The notes under the pieces: generated by a model
The model's input: only the letters and a program-made list of their open reading frames with translations
Databases searched by the model: none
What the model was told of the DNA's origin: nothing
In this document: positions 1 through 9,847 of the stretch, one piece after another
How the letters are laid out: the number at the start of each line of letters is the position of its first letter
Numbering within the stretch: the stretch's first letter is position 1
Assembly (NCBI GenBank): GCA_023137195.1
Contig: JAGLPV010000008.1
Span: 1 to 39,764, forward strand
Direction of reading: 5' to 3'
From: Candidatus Aenigmatarchaeota archaeon
GTDB taxonomy: Archaea; EX4484-52
Length of the DNA stretch: 39,764 nt
Position numbers and translations under genes: made by a program

Positions 1-187
1 ATTTGACAGTTACGGTGGAATTTGTCGAAAAGTGTTCAAAAAGGTTTATTTATGCTAATTTTGACCCGATAAATGAGTTGATTTTGGTTCAAAATCAGGC
101 AATTACATGAGAAATTGAGGGAAAAAAGTTGTTTTTTGCAAACTGTCAAATGGGTTTTCGTGATTATTTAGATGTTGAACTGTCAAA
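1..187. repeat. Short inverted/direct repeats (TTTGACAGTT / AACTGTCAAA) at window start
   Basis: ATTTGACAGTT at 1-11 is the exact reverse complement of AACTGTCAAAT at 141-151; AACTGTCAAA recurs at 178-187. Confidence 0.45.
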
Positions 188-228
188 GTTAGGTTATAAA
201 AACATTTAAGGAATCTAAAACACGAAAT

Positions 229-1428
229 TCAAGGACCTAGATTAAAACTAGAACATTCGCTAATCCCTGCAAGTCTCTTTATTTCTTCTATTGTAACCGA
301 GTTTATATTACGACTAAACTCATAATAATCTTCTGCTTTGCCTGCAAACTCTTCTATAATTAAATTTACAGCAGTCTCATTACTTCCTTCACTTTCAACC
401 AAATGACTTCCGATGACCTGAGTTTTAGCCTCCTTTAGTTCATCAGAACGAATCTCCCTCATCTTTCCATACTCCTTGGAACAAATATCATAAACGCTAT
501 TCACCTTCCCGGAATCCGTTCCGGCAAAAATAGTCATATACCTGTAATTTCTACCCAAATCAAGACTAGTGTTAATAGTATAAACAAGTCCTCTCTTCTC
601 ACGAACCTCACTAAATAATTTACTACTCATGCCTCCTCCTAAAATAGTACTGAAAACTAAAGCAGTATAATTGTCCTTCTCGCCTAAAACAGGAAAATGA
701 AAACCCATTGTAAGATTACTCTGCATAACGCCCTCTCTTTTTTCATTTGTTCTGGCTATTTTTTTCTTCACATCAAGAGTATCTTTAAGTAAAATCCCAT
801 CGCGTTTAATATTTGCATACTTCTGTGCAAGCCTAACCACATCATCAAAATCATTATTTCCAACAACACACAAAACAGAATTCTTAGGAATATATACTTC
901 GCGATGTTTTGACAACAGTTGCCTAGGCTTCATCCCACGGACAAGTTTAATAGTTCCAAGACCAGACATACCATAAGGTTTTTCATACAAATTCTCTTTA
1001 ATCCTCTCATATGTATGCGCACGCGGACTATCGCAATACATCTTTATCTCTTCAGAAATAACCTTAGCTTCCTTAACAACTTCTTCATCCGGAAAAGAAG
1101 CATTAAAGAAAATATCACTAATAACATCAACTCCCAGTTCCAAATGCTCACTTGGAAGCCTAACATGATAAACCGTCATCTCTTCATGAGTAAAGGCATT
1201 CAAATCACCGCCAACCCTTTCCAATGTAGCCGAAATCTCCTGTGTTGTTCTTTTCCCAGTTCCCTTAAAACATAAATGTTCTATAAAATGAGCAATACCT
1301 TTCTCCGAAGCATCTTCATACATCGACCCATAACGAACAGCCATCATGACGGTAGTTACAGAAACATCCCGTTTCTCATGAATAACTGTTAAACCATTAC
1401 TCAATTTTTTACGATTAAACTTAACCAT
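229..1428 (-). CDS. M16 family (insulinase/pitrilysin-like) zinc peptidase
   Basis: 399 aa; inverted zinc motif HFIEH in GIAHFIEHLCFKGT, LNAFT, and C-terminal SSKLFSEVREKRGLVY typical of M16B. Confidence 0.93.
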   Translation of the reverse strand: MVKFNRKKLSNGLTVIHEKRDVSVTTVMMAVRYGSMYEDASEKGIAHFIEHLCFKGTGKRTTQEISATLERVGGDLNAFTHEEMTVYHVRLPSEHLELGVDVISDIFFNASFPDEEVVKEAKVISEEIKMYCDSPRAHTYERIKENLYEKPYGMSGLGTIKLVRGMKPRQLLSKHREVYIPKNSVLCVVGNNDFDDVVRLAQKYANIKRDGILLKDTLDVKKKIARTNEKREGVMQSNLTMGFHFPVLGEKDNYTALVFSTILGGGMSSKLFSEVREKRGLVYTINTSLDLGRNYRYMTIFAGTDSGKVNSVYDICSKEYGKMREIRSDELKEAKTQVIGSHLVESEGSNETAVNLIIEEFAGKAEDYYEFSRNINSVTIEEIKRLAGISECSSFNLGP

Positions 1429-1612
1429 AAAAAATATACAAAAATTTGCTTTTAAGATTATGTAAAATTAACACTTCAAAACAAAAATAATTTCCTCGTA
1501 TATCTTAAACTCATTTAACACTTCAAAATTATACTTGTCCTAGAAAGAATACAAACAACTCACCAAATAACCTGTGGACAGACAATAACAACAAATTGTG
1601 TTAGTGTTCTCT

Positions 1613-2113
1613 TCATTCACAAAAAACCACAACAGCAATAACTGTAGTCCAGAAATTGTTTTTTCCTGTTGAGGACTGAGCAATAATTAATGTTTCTAAA
1701 ACAATATCTTTTTCTTTCATATCTCTTGCTGAAGTAGAAATAAGCATAGTTCTGGCTAATTCTTCTGCATATTTGCCTGTCTCTTCTTCTCGCCTTCCCA
1801 GACCACCATATTCTGCAATATATCCATGCGAGCTATCGTTTCTCGGAATAGCAACGCCAATAGATGCGGATATTAATTTATCTGGCTCATTTGTTTGATT
1901 TCTAGACATTACGCAGAAAACAATTTGTCCGGGCTTTAATTTTTCAATTCCCTCTTCTTTTGATATTATTTTGCATCCCGGAGGAAATATGCTTGAAACA
2001 TAGACTAGATTGTATTTTTCAATTCCTGCATCCTGGAGCGCAAATTCAAAAGAAACTAGTTTATCTTTATGAATGCCTTTTCCTTTGGTAAAAAATATTT
2101 CTTTTGGAACCAT
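1613..2113 (-). CDS. pdaD: Pyruvoyl-dependent arginine decarboxylase
   Basis: SFEFALQDAGIEKYNLVYVSSIFP with the Ser-Ser autocleavage site; HGYIAEY motif. Confidence 0.9.
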   Translation of the reverse strand: MVPKEIFFTKGKGIHKDKLVSFEFALQDAGIEKYNLVYVSSIFPPGCKIISKEEGIEKLKPGQIVFCVMSRNQTNEPDKLISASIGVAIPRNDSSHGYIAEYGGLGRREEETGKYAEELARTMLISTSARDMKEKDIVLETLIIAQSSTGKNNFWTTVIAVVVFCE

Positions 2114-2179
2114 ATACTAATTAAAATACCTTTTACTACTTAATAGTAAACCTTTTATATCTCTAACTCTTATGTAATT

Positions 2180-2755
2180 ATGCTTTATGAAAATATTGCC
2201 CTTGTCTTGGCTTATGCAATTATCGGTTTTGGGCTGAAATATATTGACGAAGTGTTTGACAAAAAAGTTTATAGTAAAAAAATAGCATTGCTATTTGTCA
2301 TAATTTGCAGTATCTTAATAGGTGTATTGTGTGCAATAGATAAATATTCTATGGCAATATTTTTTGCAATAATACTGGGTGTTGCCATTAGTGGAAAAAT
2401 AGATAATATTGCATTTAAAATCGGAGCTATTCTGGCATTATGCACTGTTTTTCTTATAAAATACCTGTTTTTACAGGGCAACATAAGTTACTTTCTTTAT
2501 TTTGTATTTTTTATTCTCTTGACCATGTGCATTTTGGATGAAGAATTAGATAAAGTAGGGCATAAAAAAGACATAAAACTATTCAAAACTCGCCCTTTTA
2601 TGAAACTTGCAATATTTCTCTTATGGGTAGCACAAAGCATAACATTTATTTATGTTTTGGCTTTTTTTGCATTTGATATTGCTTATACTTTTGCGGAATA
2701 TAAACCACCAAGAAAACTTCATTTTGATACGAATAAAGGAAAATGGATAAGATAA
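2180..2755 (+). CDS. Polytopic membrane protein of unknown function
   Basis: 191 aa with about 6 hydrophobic segments; acidic motifs KYIDEVFD, GKIDN and LDEELD; overlaps the next gene. Confidence 0.75.
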   Translation: MLYENIALVLAYAIIGFGLKYIDEVFDKKVYSKKIALLFVIICSILIGVLCAIDKYSMAIFFAIILGVAISGKIDNIAFKIGAILALCTVFLIKYLFLQGNISYFLYFVFFILLTMCILDEELDKVGHKKDIKLFKTRPFMKLAIFLLWVAQSITFIYVLAFFAFDIAYTFAEYKPPRKLHFDTNKGKWIR

Positions 2756-3921
2756 TTTGTGATGTATTGGTTGTAGGGGCAGGACCCGCCGGAAGCTCTG
2801 CTGCAAGAGTATGTGCAATGAATGGATTAAAAACAATTTTTATTGATAAAAGAAAAGAGATTGGAGTGCCTGCCTTATGTGCTGAGGGAATCGGTTCATA
2901 TTTGTTTTCATATCTTCCTGAAGGTATTGTTATTCCAAAAGAGCAATTGATATGGAAAATTGAGGGGATACGATTTTGCTGTGAAAATTGTATCATTGAC
3001 AAAACCGGCGGCTTTTGGGACGGCTATGCTGTGGACAGAACAAAATTTGACAAATGGCTCTCTTGCTTAGCGATAGAAAAAGGAGCCCAATTATTTACAG
3101 ATACAGAATTGATTGATTTAATTCAGGACAAAAACAAATATGTTAAAAAAGCAATAGTAAAAAAGCGGAGGAATATATTGGAAGTTTATCCAAAAATTGT
3201 GATTGGAGCAGATGGAGTTGACTCAAAGGTTTCAAAATTACTCGATTTGTATGAAGAAGAAAAATACAATATTATAGAAGTATATTCTTGGGAAATGAAA
3301 AACCTGAATTTAGAAAATCCAAATTTAGAGCAGATATTTTTTGAAGAATATGTCCCAGGAGGATATGCTTATATTTTCCCAAAATCAAAGACAAGAGCGA
3401 ATATCGGTGTAGGTGGTTTTTCATCTAAAGAAAAAATCAAAAAATGCTTTAGTAATTTTTTAGATAGTCCCTGTGTAAAAAAACAAATAAATGGAGGAAT
3501 AAAAATAGTTGAAAAAAGCAAAAAAGCAGTATTTGGTGATGTTGCAAAAAAAAATATATTCCGAAATGTAATACTTGCAGGAGATGCAGCAAACCATAAT
3601 TTAAAGCCATTTGTTGAGGGGATTTTGCCTGCAATAACTTCAGGAGACCTTTCGGGCAAACTGGCATCAGACATATCTAGAGGAAAAAATATTTCTCATA
3701 ACTATCATTTGAAAGAATTCAAAAAACTAATGCATCCTCATCATAGTGATTCAAAATATATAGAAAAATATATAATTAAATTAAATAAATCTAATAAAAA
3801 ACAAAAACATCTTCTTGCTTTTGGGTTGTGTATTGGGTTATTTGAACTTGAAAAAATAGAAGAATATGAAGCAATGAATTACGAAGAATTAAAAGAAATC
3901 TTAATTGAAAATGGAATGTGA
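2743..3921 (+). CDS. Geranylgeranyl reductase family FAD-dependent oxidoreductase (paralogue 1)
   Basis: GAGPAG FAD motif, CAEG, DRTKFD, GADG, PGGYAYIFPK (variant of YxWxFP), GDAA. Confidence 0.88.
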   Translation: MDKIICDVLVVGAGPAGSSAARVCAMNGLKTIFIDKRKEIGVPALCAEGIGSYLFSYLPEGIVIPKEQLIWKIEGIRFCCENCIIDKTGGFWDGYAVDRTKFDKWLSCLAIEKGAQLFTDTELIDLIQDKNKYVKKAIVKKRRNILEVYPKIVIGADGVDSKVSKLLDLYEEEKYNIIEVYSWEMKNLNLENPNLEQIFFEEYVPGGYAYIFPKSKTRANIGVGGFSSKEKIKKCFSNFLDSPCVKKQINGGIKIVEKSKKAVFGDVAKKNIFRNVILAGDAANHNLKPFVEGILPAITSGDLSGKLASDISRGKNISHNYHLKEFKKLMHPHHSDSKYIEKYIIKLNKSNKKQKHLLAFGLCIGLFELEKIEEYEAMNYEELKEILIENGM

Positions 3922-5041
3922 TGTATTGGTCGTAGGGGCTGGTCCTTCGGGTTCGCTGGCAGCAAAAACTATAGCTGAATCTGGACTAAACGTCATTTTA
4001 ATTGAGAGGAATAAAAAAATAGGAACTCCTGTCCGGTGTGCAGAAGGAATAAGTGCATATTTATTCAAAGATACTGGGATAAAAAAGCACAATTCCTTTC
4101 TTTGCCGGAAAATAAAGGGAACTAAAATTTATTTTTACAACGAGCAATATATATTGAGTGGCAAAACATGGCAGGGTTATGTAATAGACAGAAAAATATT
4201 TGACCCTTATCTTGCAAAACTAGCTCAAAAAGCAGGTGCAAAAGTATTTTCAAATGCGAATGCTGTTGAGATGAAAAGGGTGAAAAATGGCTGGATTGTT
4301 GGAGTTAATTTTGGTAAAATAAAAAAGCAAATAGAGGCAAAATTTGTCATTGGAGCAGATGGTGTTGAATCAAAAATAGGAAAATGGGCTGGTTTAGAGG
4401 ACAATAGCAATAGGGGCTTATTCAAATGCTTGGAATATGAAATGGATGATTTAAATATAGGCAAAAACGACAAATTTCATATTTGCTTTGGACAGGAATT
4501 TCCTGGTGGTTATGCCTGGGTTTTTCCAAAATCAAAGACAAGAGCAAATGTTGGAGTAGGAGTAAATGTCAAGAAAAATGCAAATCTAAAACAACTACTG
4601 GATTTTTTTATAAACAAATATCCAAATATAAATAAAATGATTGGGGGAAATTACAAAATTTTGGAAACCCGCGGCGGCTTGATTCCGGCAAATGGACCAA
4701 AAAAAATAGATGGTCTTGTGGGCGATAACATATTGCTTGTAGGTGATGCAGGAGAATTTGTGGAGCCGATTACCGCAGAAGGAATTGAGCCAGCAATGCT
4801 GTCGGGCATTGCCGCGGGTGAAACAATTATTGAAGCATTTAGAAAAAAAGATTTACGCAAAAATTTCTTAAAAATTTATGAGCAAAAATACAAGAAAAAA
4901 CATTATTCTAATGTAAAATTAGATGAATTAAATAAAATAAAAATATATTCAAACTTATTTTTTTATATATTTAATAAAAAATATATTCCGAAACGAATCA
5001 GAAAACTGTCATTGAATTTTCTTTTTAATTCAATCAAATAG
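3911..5041 (+). CDS. Geranylgeranyl reductase family FAD-dependent oxidoreductase (paralogue 2, DGGR-like)
   Basis: GAGPSG, CAEG, GADG, PGGYAWVFPK...NVGVG, GDAG..VEPITAEGI. ATG at 3911 preferred over TTG at 3905. Confidence 0.9.
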   Translation: MECDVLVVGAGPSGSLAAKTIAESGLNVILIERNKKIGTPVRCAEGISAYLFKDTGIKKHNSFLCRKIKGTKIYFYNEQYILSGKTWQGYVIDRKIFDPYLAKLAQKAGAKVFSNANAVEMKRVKNGWIVGVNFGKIKKQIEAKFVIGADGVESKIGKWAGLEDNSNRGLFKCLEYEMDDLNIGKNDKFHICFGQEFPGGYAWVFPKSKTRANVGVGVNVKKNANLKQLLDFFINKYPNINKMIGGNYKILETRGGLIPANGPKKIDGLVGDNILLVGDAGEFVEPITAEGIEPAMLSGIAAGETIIEAFRKKDLRKNFLKIYEQKYKKKHYSNVKLDELNKIKIYSNLFFYIFNKKYIPKRIRKLSLNFLFNSIK

Positions 5042-6317
5042 AAATTATATTAAATGTTTCATTAAACGCATGATATTCTTTTTTTGGAAAACAAATGTTT
5101 TCTCCAGCCGTATAAATCAATAAAAAAGAATTTTCTTTAAAATAATTATTTAATATATCTCTTACTGCATAAACATGATTACCTAATGAATCTAATCTTG
5201 CTGTGCAAGAGACAACAAATCCCATTTTTGGTTTATTTATATTGGTTGAAGCAATTGCTTTATTTACACAACCAACCATTTTTTTACCAGTTGTAGTTAA
5301 AATTTCTATATCCTTTCCTTTTATCCTGTAACTTAAAATAAAAATATTATTTATGATGCTGCCTACTACATGCGGGCATAAATAATCATCTTTATCTTTG
5401 AAACCTAAGGGATAAAAATAAGTAATATCATGAATTTTCTCTGTCAATTGTTCTTTTGTCAAACCTATGCTATTGAAAAAAACATCTGTTGCTGATTTTC
5501 CGTCTAATTCTTCTATAATTCTATTGTTTTGACTGCTTTTTGTTATTTTAAATTTTTTGCCTGTTGAATGCAACCCGTGCTCACTTCCAAAGCCGATATT
5601 TATATCTGTATTTATTTTCATAGCAACAATAGCATTTTCTTTAATTTGTTTACCAAAAAATTGATAATTTTTGATTATTTTGTCATCATCAGTGGAACTT
5701 CCACCAAAAACAATATCATCTTTATTTATGTGTTTTGTTAATTCACAAATAACTTCATCTTCCAGCCCATGTCCTTTTTGCAGATATTGTGTAGATTTTT
5801 TCAACAAAGCAGGTCCTATTTTTTCTGCAATTTTTTCTTTCAAAACCCACTGAGAACCAAAACCTGCAAAAGTTGGTTTAGTTGGTCCAGAAATCATATT
5901 CAAAAAAAGATTATTTTTGTATTTCTCTTTTCTTTGCTGTTTTTTAATCATCCCTTCACATTCCCTCGCCGCCTTCTGCGGATTCCTTTTTGTATTACGA
6001 CCAAACCCAACAGCAACATCCATATTCTGATAAGAAACGGCCATTGCCGAGGCACCATGAACAAAGCACCCTTCCTTACACATAAACCCCGCAACGGTCC
6101 CTCCAATCAACGGCGTTCCGGCTGGCAAAATCTCCCAGACGCCGTCCAGAAACTCCTGAAACCCGCCATATTTTTCATAATGAATAGTAGAATAAAGCAA
6201 AAAAAAATCCGGCTTTTTCCCGCCAAGACCGCTCATTGTTTTCTTAGCAACTTCTCTCCCTGCCTTTCTTGCATCCCACAACTCTGTCATCCCGACGGAT
6301 GCCTTAAAATCAACCAT
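5034..6317 (-). CDS. FIST N/C sensory domain protein
   Basis: PLIGGTVAG, FGGSSTDD, ELDGKSA, VSCTAR and YTAGE segments match the FIST_N plus FIST_C layout. ATG at 6317 preferred (ORF open to 6332). Confidence 0.82.
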   Translation of the reverse strand: MVDFKASVGMTELWDARKAGREVAKKTMSGLGGKKPDFFLLYSTIHYEKYGGFQEFLDGVWEILPAGTPLIGGTVAGFMCKEGCFVHGASAMAVSYQNMDVAVGFGRNTKRNPQKAARECEGMIKKQQRKEKYKNNLFLNMISGPTKPTFAGFGSQWVLKEKIAEKIGPALLKKSTQYLQKGHGLEDEVICELTKHINKDDIVFGGSSTDDDKIIKNYQFFGKQIKENAIVAMKINTDINIGFGSEHGLHSTGKKFKITKSSQNNRIIEELDGKSATDVFFNSIGLTKEQLTEKIHDITYFYPLGFKDKDDYLCPHVVGSIINNIFILSYRIKGKDIEILTTTGKKMVGCVNKAIASTNINKPKMGFVVSCTARLDSLGNHVYAVRDILNNYFKENSFLLIYTAGENICFPKKEYHAFNETFNIISI

Positions 6318-6321
6318 AGAT

Positions 6322-6687
6322 TCATCCAACAATCTTAATTATTTTTCTCCTCCCGTTCTCCATTGCAACTTCCAGAAGTCCGCGATTTGAAAGAGCGGGC
6401 ACAATACTTACTAAAGCCATATTAGATTCATGGAGAATGAAAAACATCACATCATATTTTTCCAGTTCAAAAAACATCTTGTCCAGCCCTTTTTTTGAAA
6501 ATCTTTCAATAACATTAAAAGTTTCATTAATGCTGTCTTCCAAAACCTCCCATGTATCAATAACTTCCTTTTCAAATTTATCTTTATCCGGAATTATTCC
6601 ACCCATTCCTTTTTCTATGACCATACAGGCGTATATGTCATCATATCTCATTAATTCATTAAGAACGTCTAATATTTTTAGTCCCAT
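6322..6687 (-). CDS. Small roadblock/LC7 (profilin-like) domain protein
   Basis: 121 aa with helix-strand-strand-helix-strands-helix pattern ending NRGLLEVAMENGRRKI; translationally coupled to the KaiC gene (TAATG at 6685-6689). Confidence 0.6.
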   Translation of the reverse strand: MGLKILDVLNELMRYDDIYACMVIEKGMGGIIPDKDKFEKEVIDTWEVLEDSINETFNVIERFSKKGLDKMFFELEKYDVMFFILHESNMALVSIVPALSNRGLLEVAMENGRRKIIKIVG

Positions 6688-7409
6688 TATAATTTTACAG
6701 CGATGCCGTCTTTTTTAATTTCCATTTCAAAAGACTTCAATGTATGTTTTATCCCTCTCATCTTTCTTACGCCTATTTTTCTTGTATCCAATGACTCGTA
6801 CACACTTAAAACAATTGATCCATCAGCAACAAATTCCTCTGCACCATATCTTGAAAGTTTGCCTCCCTGTCCCTCAACAATCTCCGTACTCATCATAGTT
6901 GTCGTATTTGCTTTCCTCAACCTGTCTATTACAAAAAAAAGACCTCTTCTTATCCCATATTCACCGGGAACAGATTCTATTCCCTCGTGCGCAACAAATG
7001 CAGCAAACAAAGATATGGGGTCAATCACAACCCTTGTTGCCTTTATATATTCAATATAATGTTCAAAAGAATTCAGACTCAAATCACCGCTCAATTCAAA
7101 AGGATTATATTGCTTTAAATATAATTTTTTTTGTTTTTCATACTTCTCAAAATCCCATCCGAACTGTGCGGCATCCTCACTGATCTGCTTTTTTGATTCT
7201 TCAAGAGTAATAAATAAGCATGTCTCTCCATTTTTCAGACCTTCATTAAGATATTGGCATAAAAATGTTGTTTTGCCGCAACCTGCACCGCCACTGACAA
7301 GAACTGTATGTCCTTCAGGGATTCCACCACCCAAAAGAGTGTCTAATCCAGAAACGCCTGTTTTAACCTTCTTAACTTTATTGGGCTTGGATTTTTTATT
7401 CAACATCAT
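6687..7409 (-). CDS. KaiC/RAD55 family single-domain ATPase
   Basis: TGVSGLDTLLGGGIP, Walker A GGAGCGKT, LEES, RVVID, EEFVADG and RKMRG. Start placed at the MM (7409/7406). Confidence 0.88.
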   Translation of the reverse strand: MMLNKKSKPNKVKKVKTGVSGLDTLLGGGIPEGHTVLVSGGAGCGKTTFLCQYLNEGLKNGETCLFITLEESKKQISEDAAQFGWDFEKYEKQKKLYLKQYNPFELSGDLSLNSFEHYIEYIKATRVVIDPISLFAAFVAHEGIESVPGEYGIRRGLFFVIDRLRKANTTTMMSTEIVEGQGGKLSRYGAEEFVADGSIVLSVYESLDTRKIGVRKMRGIKHTLKSFEMEIKKDGIAVKL

Positions 7410-7512
7410 ATTATAGTGAGTAAAAAGTATATAAAGATTTGGTATATATTTAGTGCTTTTTATCACATGGATGATTGCATATATATTTAAAAATTAACAA
7501 TTAAATAAGTAC

Positions 7513-9660
7513 ATGGAAATAAAAAACAAGGATTTTTCAAACCGGTGTTATTTTTCAAAAGACAATTCTTTTTTATGGAGAGATCTGGACAACAGTTTCA
7601 AAACAAAATGGTGTGGAATATGGAACAAAGACATCAAGTTCTTTGAGTATTTTGCCTACTGTGTCAATGGCACGTGGCTTACTCCAAACCTGTGTGAGAA
7701 AACAAAGGTTCAGACCAGCCAAACAATACACAATTATGTAGAAACAGAAAAAAACCTTGTAATTGAAGAAATAGTCTTTCCTAATAAAAACAGCATCATC
7801 TCTGTTCTTTCTCTAAAAAATACAGGAAAAGAAGCAAAAAAAATAAAAATAAATCTTGAATGCGCTGTAAATATAAGAGAGAAGGGAGAAAACTGGCACT
7901 TAAGAACATACCACCCTTCAAAAAATGATTTGAGAAAATGTGTTGTAGTGGAGTCTTACCTGAATACAGATAAATATAATGCAATCTATGGCTGCGGGAT
8001 GGCAAAGACGATTTTAAAAAATTCAAAAACAGCACCTAAAAAGACAAATACAAAAATAAATCTCCTACAGAACTACAAGGATCATTATCCTAATTCAAAA
8101 CAAAGGTGTTTCCTGAGCAGTGATTATTATGTGGAACTAAACATTGAGCCGGGAGAAAAGGTCCACCTTCCTTTCATATACTCATGCGCCAAAGAACAAA
8201 ATGATATGTACCATGAATATGATGAATCTGCATTGAAATGGAATGAAAAGAAAAAGGCATGGGCTTTGGGTCTAGAAGAAAAGCTAAAAGCAAAGATTGC
8301 AACGCCGGACAAATACATTGACAATGCTTTTGTGATGGCTCAGCATTCTTTATTGAGTATGATTCAAAAAACAGATTTTGGAGATGGAATGTATGCTGGA
8401 TTCCCTTGGTTCTTGTCATTCTGGTCGCGTGATACATTCTGGTCTTTGCTTGGAGTAAATGAACTTGGGTTCCTGGATGAGTCAAAAAAAATCATGTCTA
8501 CTATTGCATCATTTTACAACGAGGAAAAGGACAAAAAATTATTTTCTTATGGAATAAATGGACTGCCTACAAAAATAAGCATGAACAAGACATCACAATA
8601 CTACAGTTGCGATTTAAACCCCTTGTTTTTAACAGCATATCTGCACTATTCTTATTTGGGTGGGCAAAAAACGCAACTCCTGGATGCTGCGGAAAAAAAG
8701 ATAAAACACAACCTACGATTGGTTGATTATGCAGTGGATACAAATACCGCAAAAAACCAGCAAAAAGTTGAACATACCTGGATGGACACCATCATAAGAA
8801 GCGGAACTCCAATTGAAGTCCAGGCGCTCTGGACTGCTGCCCTCGGGAAAGAAACGGTCTTTGAAAAAATGAAACATAAAATCAATGTTGGTTTTTACAA
8901 TAATGAAGCAGATTATTTTTTCGACAGCTATAATACTGAAACAAAAACTATCGGCACAAAAATAAGACCCAATGCATTAGTTGCTCTAATGTTTAACCTA
9001 GTGGATAAAGAAAAAGCTGACAAGGTACTGGCTGTTGCAAAAAAAGAATTACATAGTAAATATGGTATAAGGACATTGTCAAAATACGACAAAAATTATA
9101 CGCCTGCTGCTTATCACAACGGGTGCTGCTGGGGATTGACCTCTATGTGGGGGGCATGCGCTTATTTTAATTACAATTACAATGATGATGGATTGGCTCT
9201 GCTTGAACAGGCGAGCAAACAGCAAATGAAAGGCAACCCTTATGGCTTTGACGAATGTAATGACAGCGACAGCGGTAAATCCCTTGGCGCTTCACCACAG
9301 GCATGGTCTGCAGGATTATTTGTATATGCTATTGATGCGTGTCTTTTTGGAATAAAAGGAGAAGAGAAAAACATAATTGTAATTGACCCACGATTGCCGT
9401 CAAAATGGCCTTACGCTGCGAGACTTGAAAAAACAATGAAGAAGAGTTTGTTTGATATCAAATTATTGAGAAGAAAGAGAAGCGGACACACTCTTCTCCA
9501 GATGGAGTTAACATTCAAAAAAGGAGCAAAAACCAATTTGATTAAAATAATGCGCCCAAGATCAAAAATGGAGGTTGTGAACGGATTTATAAAAGCAGGT
9601 AATGACAAATATACTCTTGTTGAAGCAGAAAACAAGACGGTGATTGTAATTGAAGAATAA
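7513..9660 (+). CDS. Glycogen debranching enzyme / amylo-alpha-1,6-glucosidase family
   Basis: AGFPWF..FWSRDT, TWMD, PIEVQALW, IRPN, YGIRTL, YHNG and QAWS motifs. Confidence 0.87.
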   Translation: MEIKNKDFSNRCYFSKDNSFLWRDLDNSFKTKWCGIWNKDIKFFEYFAYCVNGTWLTPNLCEKTKVQTSQTIHNYVETEKNLVIEEIVFPNKNSIISVLSLKNTGKEAKKIKINLECAVNIREKGENWHLRTYHPSKNDLRKCVVVESYLNTDKYNAIYGCGMAKTILKNSKTAPKKTNTKINLLQNYKDHYPNSKQRCFLSSDYYVELNIEPGEKVHLPFIYSCAKEQNDMYHEYDESALKWNEKKKAWALGLEEKLKAKIATPDKYIDNAFVMAQHSLLSMIQKTDFGDGMYAGFPWFLSFWSRDTFWSLLGVNELGFLDESKKIMSTIASFYNEEKDKKLFSYGINGLPTKISMNKTSQYYSCDLNPLFLTAYLHYSYLGGQKTQLLDAAEKKIKHNLRLVDYAVDTNTAKNQQKVEHTWMDTIIRSGTPIEVQALWTAALGKETVFEKMKHKINVGFYNNEADYFFDSYNTETKTIGTKIRPNALVALMFNLVDKEKADKVLAVAKKELHSKYGIRTLSKYDKNYTPAAYHNGCCWGLTSMWGACAYFNYNYNDDGLALLEQASKQQMKGNPYGFDECNDSDSGKSLGASPQAWSAGLFVYAIDACLFGIKGEEKNIIVIDPRLPSKWPYAARLEKTMKKSLFDIKLLRRKRSGHTLLQMELTFKKGAKTNLIKIMRPRSKMEVVNGFIKAGNDKYTLVEAENKTVIVIEE

Positions 9661-9661
9661 T

Positions 9662-9844
9662 ATGGCTTCGAGAAGAAAAGCAGTATTGAGTTTGTCCCTG
9701 GAACAGATAATCATCATAATTGGAATGGTGTTGTTTGCAATTATTGCCATACCTATTTTTGTCAAAATTGTATTTAATACAGAAAGCGCAATGGGGAGTT
9801 GGAGTGAAGAAATAATAGGAAGACTAAGTGGATTCGCCGGATAA
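9662..9844 (+). CDS. Small single-TM protein, possible class III signal peptide (pilin-like)
   Basis: MASRRKA then VLSLSLEQ and a long hydrophobic helix; fills the gap between the debranching enzyme and gapN with 1-3 bp spacing. Confidence 0.6.
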   Translation: MASRRKAVLSLSLEQIIIIIGMVLFAIIAIPIFVKIVFNTESAMGSWSEEIIGRLSGFAG

Positions 9845-9847
9845 AAT

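Noticed and set aside
1430-1612. 14-bp direct repeat TTAACACTTCAAAA (1468, 1515) and a short minus-strand reading frame fragment
   Set aside because: AT-rich, only two copies, no start codon or recognisable homology; insufficient for a pseudogene or operator call.
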